From IMG/VR virus record IMGVR_UViG_3300044730_000954: a DNA stretch of 64,000 nt. One strand, given 5' to 3'. The translations under genes were made by a program, and so were the position numbers. Positions 37,084 through 46,932 of this stretch are shown in pieces (position 1 is the first letter of the stretch; each line of letters begins with the position of its first letter). Under the pieces are notes generated by a model, which worked only from the letters and a program-made list of their open reading frames with translations, was not told the DNA's origin and did no database searches. This stretch comes from an uncultured virus (IMG/VR IMGVR_UViG_3300044730_000954) (taxonomy: Duplodnaviria; Heunggongvirae; Uroviricota; Caudoviricetes).

Positions 37084-38388
37084 TTAGTTAAATAGGTCGG
37101 CATTTGTGAGGAAACGACCGCCCCATAGGGATTTTTGAACCTGTTTTACAACAGGCTCCTGTACGATCTCGCCTAGATCGCCAGACTTGCGGAAAGCCGT
37201 ATCTTTTTCAACAAGATCTACTCGCTTTCCAAACTCATTAAAAGTTCCCTTTACTTGGCTTACCTCACTTGCTACAGACTTTACTTCGCCTGTAACTGTT
37301 TCAAGGGACTTTGTTATTGCATCAACATTTGCTTGCATAGCTTTTACTGTTTCTGCAAGATTGCTCAAGGCATTAGTTACAGAGGTATTAATTTCTGAAA
37401 CAGACTTTGCAATTTCAGCAGCTGTATCAACAACTGCATCAACTGCTTTTTCTGCTATATCATCAATAGCAGGAGCATCCACTGCAGCTACTGCTTCCTC
37501 TGCCACTGGCTCTGCTGCTGGAACATCTGCAGAAACTTCTGCTGGTGCTTCTTCTGCTGGAGCCTCTGGAGCAACCTCAACATTTGGAACAACTGACTCA
37601 CCCTCAGCAAGCAATGCTGGAGCTGTCTCTTTTGTTTCTTCTGTCATAGGATTTTCCTCCTTTGTTATCTTAATTGTCTTAATGCCTTTTGCACTATCAA
37701 CTAAGAACTTTAGTGTTTCTGTATCATTTTGATCTTCAACAAATCCAATATTTTTCATTGTGTCATTGCAAGATGGACAATTTTCGTCAGACTCTTTTGA
37801 TAGTCTAACTATGTCATCTGAACCGCACCAGTAAACTGTATCTACAACAGCTTTTGCAAGAAAACCACCAAGCTGTCCTTTTTCAATAGAAATTACATTG
37901 GCAAACTGGTTTGCTGGATTATCTACTAGAGACAATTCATGCAGATCATATTCTTTAATTATACGCACTGATTTATCAATTTTTTCATCATACATGTCAT
38001 CAGACTTTGTAATATTTCCACCAATTGAAAATCCAGTTAAAGTACCGTCAAGAACTTTCTCCCAAGTATCTTGGGCTCCTTTTGAAACATATGCGGAAAC
38101 ATATACTCCACTATAAAACTTTTTTTCTCTAGGATCAAAATAACGATCTTCTTTAAATGAAACAACCTTTCCTACAGCACTAGGCTGATGCATTTCACGA
38201 AGGTTGCCACGGAATTTCTTAAATGCGTCTATACTTGCTTCAGTTGTGACAATATCGCCCTGCTTGTCTACATTGTCCAATGTAGCAAAGCCAGAAACGA
38301 TACGACGCTCTTGGTCTACTTTGCCAATAGGCATAGAGAAGCGAACATTGTCGCCATCTGTAGTCCATTGTGCTTTATTTATAATCAT
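37084..38388 (-). CDS. Prohead protease fused to scaffold-like region
   Basis: VSGFA..DKQGDIV..EMH..GFSIGG..ELSLVDNPAN; acidic Ala/Pro linker and coiled coil. Confidence 0.9.
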   Translation of the reverse strand: MIINKAQWTTDGDNVRFSMPIGKVDQERRIVSGFATLDNVDKQGDIVTTEASIDAFKKFRGNLREMHQPSAVGKVVSFKEDRYFDPREKKFYSGVYVSAYVSKGAQDTWEKVLDGTLTGFSIGGNITKSDDMYDEKIDKSVRIIKEYDLHELSLVDNPANQFANVISIEKGQLGGFLAKAVVDTVYWCGSDDIVRLSKESDENCPSCNDTMKNIGFVEDQNDTETLKFLVDSAKGIKTIKITKEENPMTEETKETAPALLAEGESVVPNVEVAPEAPAEEAPAEVSADVPAAEPVAEEAVAAVDAPAIDDIAEKAVDAVVDTAAEIAKSVSEINTSVTNALSNLAETVKAMQANVDAITKSLETVTGEVKSVASEVSQVKGTFNEFGKRVDLVEKDTAFRKSGDLGEIVQEPVVKQVQKSLWGGRFLTNADLFN

Positions 38389-38397
38389 GGCAGGTTA

Positions 38398-38406
38398 ATT
38401 ATATCA
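38398..38406 (-). promoter_or_regulatory. Extended -10 promoter TGATATAAT
   Basis: 9 nt before ATG 38388, no SD. Confidence 0.7.
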
Positions 38407-38428
38407 TTACTTTATAATAGTTTCTCAA

Positions 38429-40081
38429 CTATTGAGATGATCTTCCCTCTCCTTGTGGATTTCTTCCAGATATTGTAGTTGGGGAATCTGAGTTATTATT
38501 TGTTCTTTCTGCATCTCTTTCTCTGTTACCCGCCAAGTCTGCCCTAGCATCTGTAGCCTGTCTTGGAGACATAATAAACGGATCATCTCCGTCAGGTCTT
38601 TGTGACATATTTAGCATTTCACGAGCCTCATTAGGAGTAATAACTTGAGTTTTAACATATCGCTCAATAATCTGAGATTGTGCTATTTCATCTGTTAGTG
38701 TAAGTTCATTAAACTTTAACTGTAAAATATCAGTTTTCTCACGAATAATTTTATTTATTACCTTTTCAATATTTCTTTGTTCTGGTCTAGCTACCTGCTC
38801 TTTAAAGGTACGGTCTTGGGACATAGCAGCAGCAATAGCAGCAGAGTCAGATCCGCCCAACTTAGAGATAGGTACTTGATGAGCAATTAATATTTCATCA
38901 CGATTTTGCTTACGATACTTTTCAAATGAACCTTCTTGAACACCGCTTTCAATTGGCTGCATACTAAACTCAACCTTGTTATTATCTGTATCTCCAGGAA
39001 GTGGGATATAGAGTGTTCTGTGGTTTTGTCCTTTAAGTCCAGTCTGCATAAATCTAAACATTTTATCTTCAGCATCTGCAGAAAGCTTTGCACCTTTAAC
39101 CGTAATAATATATCTTGGAACTGCTTTGTTTTGAAAGTAGTCAATATTGTATTGAGATGCAAGTGAATCTCCAACTACCGCCTGAATTGCGGAAAGAATA
39201 TCTGGAACTCCATAAAACGTATTTAATGGAGAATAAGATTTATAATGAATAATTTCATTTGGCCTTGGATCAGATGTAATTGGGTTTTGATTTTTTGCTC
39301 CAAAATTACGGAAATAAACTAGCTTTTGACCAATAATCTGAACAAAACCATCACGAAGACGACGAACACGAACGGTAGTTGCTGGAATATGACCAATATA
39401 TCCAATATCTCCACTTACTGTTCTTCCTACTTCAAGGAATCCATTTCCAGTTGCTTGGACATCTGTATAAAATTTGACCATAGTTTGTTCAAAACTATCA
39501 TCATCATTTAAAGATTCTAACCAGTCACGTACTTCTAACTTTAATCTTTCAATACGACGACGTGCTCTTTCAACCTGACCATCGTCATCATTCATTTCAA
39601 AACGAAGCATTGTACGGTCTGTAATTTCAAAATCATATCCCAAGCCAACAACATTTTCTACCTTTGCATCAATAGCAGCATGATTAGCAAAAGAATTATC
39701 ATAATAGCTTGCTAGTTCATACATGTTGTATGGTGGTGTAATTACATCAAATAATCCGTATCCATTTCTATATACCGTTCCAGGATTGATCTGTTTAGAG
39801 TATGTTCCGTCTTTTCCTGCAGGCACAGAATTTGCTGCTGCAAGATATGCTGGAGTAGGATTTACTGCTGGATATCTTGGATCATATCCATTTGTACTAG
39901 AACTTGGACTAACATATTTAGAAACGCTTCTTGTTGTTCTGCGTTTAAAATTAATATCAATTCCAGCTAAATCTTTTAATTCATCCCATGACTTTGAAAA
40001 TGGATCACTATTTAAAAATGGACTTTCTTCATCTGTTTGAGTATGTAGACTTGCTTGTATATGATCAAAATCTTTATTCAT
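38429..40081 (-). CDS. Portal protein
   Basis: TGNGFLEV, EIIH..FYGVP, YFQNKAVP, AHQVP, ITPNEAREML. Confidence 0.93.
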   Translation of the reverse strand: MNKDFDHIQASLHTQTDEESPFLNSDPFSKSWDELKDLAGIDINFKRRTTRSVSKYVSPSSSTNGYDPRYPAVNPTPAYLAAANSVPAGKDGTYSKQINPGTVYRNGYGLFDVITPPYNMYELASYYDNSFANHAAIDAKVENVVGLGYDFEITDRTMLRFEMNDDDGQVERARRRIERLKLEVRDWLESLNDDDSFEQTMVKFYTDVQATGNGFLEVGRTVSGDIGYIGHIPATTVRVRRLRDGFVQIIGQKLVYFRNFGAKNQNPITSDPRPNEIIHYKSYSPLNTFYGVPDILSAIQAVVGDSLASQYNIDYFQNKAVPRYIITVKGAKLSADAEDKMFRFMQTGLKGQNHRTLYIPLPGDTDNNKVEFSMQPIESGVQEGSFEKYRKQNRDEILIAHQVPISKLGGSDSAAIAAAMSQDRTFKEQVARPEQRNIEKVINKIIREKTDILQLKFNELTLTDEIAQSQIIERYVKTQVITPNEAREMLNMSQRPDGDDPFIMSPRQATDARADLAGNRERDAERTNNNSDSPTTISGRNPQGEGRSSQ

Positions 40082-40472
40082 TTTCGTAAGCATCTCTTCC
40101 GTGAGTATTTAATGTATCCTGTGCTGCCTTCCATGCGCCAAGATCGTTCATTGATGGGATTAAACCATTTTTCATTCTATCAACCTGCTCAGTATATTCA
40201 TCATCGCTAATTCTTGTAAGTCCAGGAACAAATACTGCCTTGCCATCACCTGGATCACCATAATGCATGGCAGCCTGCTTAAGCTTTGTTATTTGAGAAA
40301 TATCACCCTTCATAGAGGGAATATTCAATACATTGCCATCATTATCTGTAAACCATTTTCCATTAGATTTTTTATAAACATATAGTCCCCAGTCATATGA
40401 CTTATCTATGACCTTTCTACGTACATTTTGAACAATTGGTTTACCAGTTTTTTGACTAATCAAAGGATTCAT
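40074..40472 (-). CDS. Hypothetical protein upstream of portal
   Basis: Coupled to portal; leaderless promoter upstream. Confidence 0.7.
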   Translation of the reverse strand: MNPLISQKTGKPIVQNVRRKVIDKSYDWGLYVYKKSNGKWFTDNDGNVLNIPSMKGDISQITKLKQAAMHYGDPGDGKAVFVPGLTRISDDEYTEQVDRMKNGLIPSMNDLGAWKAAQDTLNTHGRDAYENE

Positions 40473-40479
40473 ATACTAA

Positions 40480-40488
40480 AGTATACCA
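40480..40488 (-). promoter_or_regulatory. Extended -10 promoter TGGTATACT, leaderless spacing
   Basis: 7 nt before ATG 40472, no SD. Confidence 0.65.
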
Positions 40489-40490
40489 GA

Positions 40491-43400
40491 TTATACTGGT
40501 GTTCCGACTCTAATGGTCCATATTGTGTCATTATATATCTTAAGGTTTTCAGCATCAAATATCATACCCTCTTCATCATCAAATATAATTTTATTAGTTC
40601 CTATATATGTATCATATACCTTAGAGGGGTCCACTCCATATAAGTCTGCAGACGACACAACCAATACTTCTTGCCAAGTATAGCTTTCCTTCCAATAAGA
40701 CCAATCGCCTTCTGAATTAACACGTGCCCATGGTCTTAAAATATTACTCTGAACCTGCTGTAAATTATTTGCTTGATAAAAAGCAATATTATTAAATACT
40801 AATGGCCCAGTTAAATTAATTGCTCCAAGAAACGCATCAAATATTAAGTTAGAAGCAAACTTAAGACCAATAACGCTCCACTCTCCAACAGTCAATACTG
40901 GAGAGTCTACATAATATCCATTTTGATAGTATGAAATATTTGTTATTTCTTGCCCAGTTGATACACTTTTAGCAAATATTTTTGCTCTAGTTCCAGACTC
41001 GTTTGTAGCAACACTGTAAAATTTAAAAGTATCATCTTTGTGCACTATTTCAAAAATTTCTACTGGTACTCCAGAAAATCTTTCTAGATCATATCTCATC
41101 CATATTTGTGAAGCACTTACTCTATATTCACTTGCAATTGTTGAATTAACTGGAATTGCTATACCACGGCTAACCTGACTATCAAAATCTCCACGAAGTT
41201 CTATTCCAGATTTTCTATTTAAATATAAATATGGAGTGCTTCCTTTATATATACTATATGGGTTTGCTGTTTTATAATCAAAATATAGTCCAGCCTTAGT
41301 AAATGGAAAAACATTAATTCCAAATCTAGTTCCTACTGGATTAAATGAATTATCGTTGAATGCTTGTGATGCTACTTCTAGTTTTTTAAGTTTTATGGGT
41401 TTTGTTAGTATACCCCGACTATTAAACTCTACTCTATTAACAATAGCTAATTTATTAAAGTTTACAGTTTTTGTTGGATATATTAGTGTATTATCTATTG
41501 TTTCAAATTTTGTGGTAAGCCAATTTGGATAATCATCTAGAGAAATAATAGATCCTTCTCTAGCTGGCTCGGTATTTGTAAAATAACTCTGTGGTTTATT
41601 TGATCCATCTTTTACATATTGAAATGTCACATATGTTCTAATTACCGAATCTGATGTATCATATTCATAATATTTCTCAGTCTTTTGATTCATATCTTCA
41701 TAATTATTCCAGCCAGTAAATAGAAAATTATCTAATTGATAATATGTTTTTTGAGAGGGATGAGCATATGATTCTTTTAATTGATCATATGTCCATGATC
41801 CTACTGTTTCATATTCTGCCAATTTTGTAGGTGATGGACTTGCTATATTAAATTGTAAAAAGTCTAAATCATAATATTTATTGCCGACATCATTGGTTAC
41901 AAACTGTGCAAAATATGATAGTGGTAGATAGTCTTCCCAAAATCCAGATACGCCTATATCTAGGTAATATGTCTCGTATGCTTCAGATGGAAGAATTGTA
42001 TAACTGGCCGTGTGTGCTAATAATTCATTTGCATTTTCAGATTCTTCTGACCCAGTAGCTAAATAACTATCAAGTATTGCCGTACCATTTTCTTCAAAGT
42101 TATTAATAATTTCATCTGCATTATACTGTGTTGATATTCCTATAGAATATATTTTTCCAGTAAATTGATAAAGATTTGTATCGTCTCCAGCAACATACAT
42201 TTGCAAATTACTTTGATTTCCAAAAAATGAAATTACGTTACTTCCAAAATAATTTATTAACTCTTCTATTTGTATACCTACAGCATATTTTTCATCTTCA
42301 ACGATTATTCCAGTTGTGTGAAGAATTTGCTCTGTTCCATTAAAATTCAATAAGTATACAATTTCATCAAGATCTTTTTTAATAGCAAAATAATTTAAAG
42401 TATTTGGATTATAAATTTTAAACAATATTTCTTCTGTTGTTAGATCGTCAGAACTGAATACTCCATAAATTGCACCTATGGATGAATTAATAACATTGAG
42501 TTTTGGAAAGTTAAAATAACACTGGGTAGTGTCCCATCCATTATTAGGTCTAAATGTTATAAACTTGTCTCCCGAAGACTGAATGTCTTGGTTATCATCG
42601 TATAATTCTTGTATTGTTTTATCTTGTAAAAATATATCTGGTAAAGAATACTGCGGTGTTTCTAAAGAAAAACTAGTTGTAGTTAAATTGTCAAAACTTC
42701 CTTGCTCCCATCTAGCAAAGTCTGGATAGTTATAGTTTGCAGTATAGTCAGCAAAAGTGTAATCTATAAAAGCTTGAGTACCACCATATGCTGAATTTAT
42801 TGCCTCTGGAGATACAACTCCCTGTCCATAAACATATCTTCTTTTTGCAACATTAACCGAAACGGCATATGAATAAATTGCAATACAATCAATTTCAATA
42901 GGGCTAACATCTTCATAGCAATAAAAGCCAAGCCAGTCTTGGTTTTTATCATTTATATCATATTCATCGGGTAATGACAAGGATGCAAAGTCTACTGAAA
43001 AAGATATTACTTCTTCTCCATTTATTAAGACACTAGCATTATTACGAATTAGCTTAATATGAATAAGCATTGGTCTAAACCATTCACCAACAAAATATGA
43101 TGCAAATTTATTTCCAATAACTAAAGTTAAAAATCCAGATTCTACATATAAACCATCTGTAGATGCTACTGGACCAAAAATTCTTTTAGGGGTATATGCA
43201 TTAGAGTTCACACGCATCCAAAATTCAACAGTATAATCTTTATATTGACCTATCTTATTTAAAAATCCATATCCAGGAACTATCATTGATGGATCTTCGT
43301 CTGGATTTGGGAAAAGTTTAGTTACTGCATTTGATCCGTATACCATCGGAACACTACTATTCTTTGCTAATAAAGAATTATCTTTTACTAAATAATATCC

Positions 43401-44096
43401 TACATCACCTGCTAGACCATATGGATCTGCTTCTATACAATTTGTTGCCAATGGAGTTATTGATACTGGAAATGTTATTGGTGATACACCTAAAGATGTC
43501 GCATTAAATTCTTCTGACCACTGACCAGCGGTTATTCCATTTACATAAAAATCATAATTAACGCTAGATGTTGTAGAATTGTTAACATTAAATTTTAAAA
43601 CTACTCTGAAATCTGTATTTTCTTGAGGAATACTAAAAGTTCCAGATATGAAGGTCCATTGTTGAAAATTATCTATGGACATAGTTTCTAGCTCTTGAAC
43701 AATTTGAGAAGTACTTGTATCTGTATACTCGTATCCAATTGATACAGATTCTAAAAATACGCTATTAGAATAAAAGTATGTGCCTATTGAAATATTTTCA
43801 AGATCATAGTTTAGTGTTGAAAAGTTTGCTAAATCTGGACTAACACATGTTAGTATTTCTGATGTACTTCCTGCTACTGTTCCTTCTAAAAGACTTAACT
43901 CACTATCTAAAAATGGCTGTCCAATTGAAGATGTTGATGCAGTAGCAGTTCCATTGGTAACTGTCCATCCATCAGATATATCTCTTTGACCTTCTGTTAT
44001 TAATGATACATAGTTTGCATTATCATCTAAAGCCCATAATATAATCGGATGTTCCGAGTATATTTTTTCTGCATACAAATTAGATGGGGTAGTCAT
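40491..44096 (-). CDS. Large virion protein with LamG/concanavalin-like domains
   Basis: SEHPIILWALDD, DYTVEFW..LINGEEV..IDCIAIYSY; acidic and beta-rich. Confidence 0.6.
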   Translation of the reverse strand: MTTPSNLYAEKIYSEHPIILWALDDNANYVSLITEGQRDISDGWTVTNGTATASTSSIGQPFLDSELSLLEGTVAGSTSEILTCVSPDLANFSTLNYDLENISIGTYFYSNSVFLESVSIGYEYTDTSTSQIVQELETMSIDNFQQWTFISGTFSIPQENTDFRVVLKFNVNNSTTSSVNYDFYVNGITAGQWSEEFNATSLGVSPITFPVSITPLATNCIEADPYGLAGDVGYYLVKDNSLLAKNSSVPMVYGSNAVTKLFPNPDEDPSMIVPGYGFLNKIGQYKDYTVEFWMRVNSNAYTPKRIFGPVASTDGLYVESGFLTLVIGNKFASYFVGEWFRPMLIHIKLIRNNASVLINGEEVISFSVDFASLSLPDEYDINDKNQDWLGFYCYEDVSPIEIDCIAIYSYAVSVNVAKRRYVYGQGVVSPEAINSAYGGTQAFIDYTFADYTANYNYPDFARWEQGSFDNLTTTSFSLETPQYSLPDIFLQDKTIQELYDDNQDIQSSGDKFITFRPNNGWDTTQCYFNFPKLNVINSSIGAIYGVFSSDDLTTEEILFKIYNPNTLNYFAIKKDLDEIVYLLNFNGTEQILHTTGIIVEDEKYAVGIQIEELINYFGSNVISFFGNQSNLQMYVAGDDTNLYQFTGKIYSIGISTQYNADEIINNFEENGTAILDSYLATGSEESENANELLAHTASYTILPSEAYETYYLDIGVSGFWEDYLPLSYFAQFVTNDVGNKYYDLDFLQFNIASPSPTKLAEYETVGSWTYDQLKESYAHPSQKTYYQLDNFLFTGWNNYEDMNQKTEKYYEYDTSDSVIRTYVTFQYVKDGSNKPQSYFTNTEPAREGSIISLDDYPNWLTTKFETIDNTLIYPTKTVNFNKLAIVNRVEFNSRGILTKPIKLKKLEVASQAFNDNSFNPVGTRFGINVFPFTKAGLYFDYKTANPYSIYKGSTPYLYLNRKSGIELRGDFDSQVSRGIAIPVNSTIASEYRVSASQIWMRYDLERFSGVPVEIFEIVHKDDTFKFYSVATNESGTRAKIFAKSVSTGQEITNISYYQNGYYVDSPVLTVGEWSVIGLKFASNLIFDAFLGAINLTGPLVFNNIAFYQANNLQQVQSNILRPWARVNSEGDWSYWKESYTWQEVLVVSSADLYGVDPSKVYDTYIGTNKIIFDDEEGMIFDAENLKIYNDTIWTIRVGTPV

Positions 44097-44113
44097 TAAT
44101 TTCTCCTACCCCA

Positions 44114-44122
44114 ATTATAGCA
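44114..44122 (-). promoter_or_regulatory. Extended -10 promoter TGCTATAAT
   Basis: Directly after the nrdJ stop, before AGGAG. Confidence 0.7.
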
Positions 44123-44123
44123 G

Positions 44124-46154
44124 TTAAGATATTTTAATCATGCATGTATCTGTAGTACAGTATGCTTCGCCTTCAGCTTCTAGATTATCTACCCCGTCAT
44201 AAATAGCAGACCAATTAATCTTCTTAATCTGTCCAATATATTCGTTATATTCATCTTTTGTAATCTGAGTATATGGCTGTTGTGGATATGTCTTATTACC
44301 CATTGGCAAGAAGGATACCGCTTTTAACTGACCTTCATACATATGAAGTGCTGGAGCAACATGTTTTGTTTCTGTTTCCTTATCAAATGAAAGGGTAACT
44401 GAAACTCCATTATCTGACCAATATTTTTGAGTTGTTGCAGCAAGTGCAATTTTCTCAAATAATGTTACATCTTTTTCAGAACGTGGATGTCCCGAGTGTA
44501 CTGGGAAATATACAACTGTTGTATTGGCAGATACTAGATCTGATTCCATTTTATACCCTGCTGCTTTAAACAAGCTAATCATTGGATCTTGATTGCCAAA
44601 GCGAATTGCACGAAGAAAGAAGTTTCCTCCTGGACCCCAATGAACTCCTGGAGTTGCACCAGATAGCAATGATACTGAACCAGAAGGCTTAACTGTTGTT
44701 ACACGAATTGACTCACGAACGCATAACCACTCAGAATACGAATGATCATATTTACGTATTGTCTTGTATCCTTCATCCATCCATTCACGAACTGCTGGCA
44801 AACCTTTTTGGTCTGCAAAAGATGCAATACCAGTAAGAGATGTTCCAATACGACGGTTGCGCTGCATAATACCATTTGTAATCTGCCAATGTGTTGGAAC
44901 AAGAGTGACTGTTTTACCATACAAATATGCAAACTTTAAAGTACGCAAGAAATCTTCTTTAGATTCATGACGATTTAGGTGTACTTCAACAAGTGTGCAA
45001 AGTTCATAAGATTCTAAGGGTTGCTCTGCACAAGGATTAAAGCCCATTACACGATAATCTTTTCCATCTGCAGGATCTGCAAGACGACCAAAGTTACGAG
45101 CAACATCAAGCCAAATAAATCCTGGCTCTCCATTATCTGCAATTAAATCTACATAATCTTCATATTTAGTTCCTACAGCAGCAGCAATAGAATTATTGCT
45201 CATCCATGCCCATCCAGGATTTTCTGGGTCAAATGAATTTCTATCAGGAAATACTTCTGCATTTTTTAAATTAATAAAGTCTTTATCTTCTGGAGAACCA
45301 AGTGCTAGCGTGGCAGAACGACGAACATTTCCAGCAACTACACATGTTCCGATAAGATTAACAATATCTACAATTGCACGAGAGTCAAGAGTTTCTCCTG
45401 GTCTGTCGCCAATAACAATACGTAAAGTATCGTGTAGCTTAATTAATGGGGCTGGTCCAGAGGCGGTACCGCCGAAACCTTTAATAGGAGCACCCAATGG
45501 TCTAATCAAAGAATAGTCAAAATTGATTTTAGCCTGACCTTGTTTTAAATATGAATTGAGTAGTAATCTTACAGACTCTACCCATCCTTCTCTTGTATCA
45601 GGAATTACATATGTTATTTCTTCTTTGGTATTGGCATATATTTCCATACCCTTTTCTTGTCCAAGGGTGTCAAATCCTACCCCTACCCCAAGCATCAAGG
45701 CATCCATAACCCAGCCAAAAAGGGCGCCAGGATCGTTTCTATCAATGTCCCTAGTAGATACCATGGCACAGTTCTGCAAGGCTGCTGAATTGCGTCTCTC
45801 CATCGTCATAGGGGTACCAAAAGCCCATAGCCCACGTCCTGGAGGAGTCCACTTCAAGTTAAACATACGGTCATAGGCTTCTTGAGCAGACTTTTGAGCT
45901 TTGTTGTCATTCCATGGCAAACGATTTTCTTTTGCATGGTTTTTTTGTACTGAATACATACCTTCAATTACACGCTTACAAACCTCATGCCAGCGTTCTT
46001 TTGTACCGTCTTCTTTGACTCGTGAGTATGTGCGGATAAAAGTAATCTCTCCTAAAGAGTTGCCGCCAGCGTCGGTAAAACCAAAAGGAGCCTCAATATC
46101 TTTATATTTATTTACAAATTCATCCAACAATCTAAAAGAAAATACATCTGACAT
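44124..46154 (-). CDS. nrdJ: Class II adenosylcobalamin-dependent ribonucleoside-triphosphate reductase
   Basis: RTYSR, PPGRGLW, QNC, GNVRRSA, NPCAEQ..ELC, TTVKPSG, C-terminal CTTDTC. Confidence 0.93.
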   Translation of the reverse strand: MSDVFSFRLLDEFVNKYKDIEAPFGFTDAGGNSLGEITFIRTYSRVKEDGTKERWHEVCKRVIEGMYSVQKNHAKENRLPWNDNKAQKSAQEAYDRMFNLKWTPPGRGLWAFGTPMTMERRNSAALQNCAMVSTRDIDRNDPGALFGWVMDALMLGVGVGFDTLGQEKGMEIYANTKEEITYVIPDTREGWVESVRLLLNSYLKQGQAKINFDYSLIRPLGAPIKGFGGTASGPAPLIKLHDTLRIVIGDRPGETLDSRAIVDIVNLIGTCVVAGNVRRSATLALGSPEDKDFINLKNAEVFPDRNSFDPENPGWAWMSNNSIAAAVGTKYEDYVDLIADNGEPGFIWLDVARNFGRLADPADGKDYRVMGFNPCAEQPLESYELCTLVEVHLNRHESKEDFLRTLKFAYLYGKTVTLVPTHWQITNGIMQRNRRIGTSLTGIASFADQKGLPAVREWMDEGYKTIRKYDHSYSEWLCVRESIRVTTVKPSGSVSLLSGATPGVHWGPGGNFFLRAIRFGNQDPMISLFKAAGYKMESDLVSANTTVVYFPVHSGHPRSEKDVTLFEKIALAATTQKYWSDNGVSVTLSFDKETETKHVAPALHMYEGQLKAVSFLPMGNKTYPQQPYTQITKDEYNEYIGQIKKINWSAIYDGVDNLEAEGEAYCTTDTCMIKIS

Positions 46155-46215
46155 TTAAAATTAAAACCTCTCACTAAAAATATTAATAGAACTTTACAAA
46201 ATGCAAAGTACTCTA

Positions 46216-46224
46216 AGTATATCA
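46216..46224 (-). promoter_or_regulatory. Extended -10 promoter TGATATACT for nrdJ
   Basis: Intergenic, about 60 nt upstream of the start. Confidence 0.6.
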
Positions 46225-46315
46225 GAAAATTTTACTAATTAGAAACTTGTTTTATAACGTTTATATAAAGTTTAAACATTAAGTTTAGGTTAAGTACTAT
46301 TAATAAAAATAAGTA

Positions 46316-46903
46316 CTATTCGGAAAGATCCCCTACTGCTACCCACGTATTAGCAGCTCTTTTTATGATGGTAACAGCAGACCATTGAGATCTTAGTTTA
46401 AGGCCAGGTGTTCCATTTACAGTTGTTGTTCCTGGAGTTACTGCTGCAATTGTTATCTGTCCAGAGCCTGTTTGAAGAATATTTAATTGAGTGCCTATTG
46501 GAAAATTTGTAGTTGCATCCGTTGGTATTTGAAATGTTCCAGCAGTTGCGCCATTGCTTAACTCAAGCCATTTATCTTTATCTGTCAGTACTGCCGTATA
46601 AGCATTTGTAGTAAATGAGGGTGTAGAAATTATTAAATTAGATGATGAAAATTCTACCGCATTTGTTCCGTCGCCAACAATGATTTTATCATTAGTAGCA
46701 TCAAAGGCTATTCTTCCTGATGTTGTTGATGAAGTTGATGATAGCGTAAGTGTTGGAGTTGTGACGGTAGGAGAAGATAATGTTTTATTAGTTAGTGTTT
46801 GTGTAGCACTTTCAGTGACAACATTTTGATTATTTACGGTTGCGGTTGATCCCTCAACGACTAATCCGTTTTTTATACGAAAGTCTCTATTAGTAGTTGC
46901 CAC
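46316..46903 (-). CDS. Fibre/adaptor protein
   Basis: N-terminal FRIKNGLVVEG, TLTNKTL shaft motif, C-terminal FPIGTQ..WVAVGDL domain. Confidence 0.65.
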   Translation of the reverse strand: MATTNRDFRIKNGLVVEGSTATVNNQNVVTESATQTLTNKTLSSPTVTTPTLTLSSTSSTTSGRIAFDATNDKIIVGDGTNAVEFSSSNLIISTPSFTTNAYTAVLTDKDKWLELSNGATAGTFQIPTDATTNFPIGTQLNILQTGSGQITIAAVTPGTTTVNGTPGLKLRSQWSAVTIIKRAANTWVAVGDLSE

Positions 46904-46932
46904 TGAAGTTCACTATCCCCTCGTGGTTCACT

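Noticed and set aside
37187..37732. 181-aa + strand ORF
   Set aside because: Antisense shadow of the scaffold region; the other short + strand ORFs over known genes were rejected the same way
46155..46315. Cobalamin riboswitch, NrdR box or tRNA upstream of nrdJ
   Set aside because: Too short and AT-rich; no B12 box, NrdR palindrome or cloverleaf recognisable
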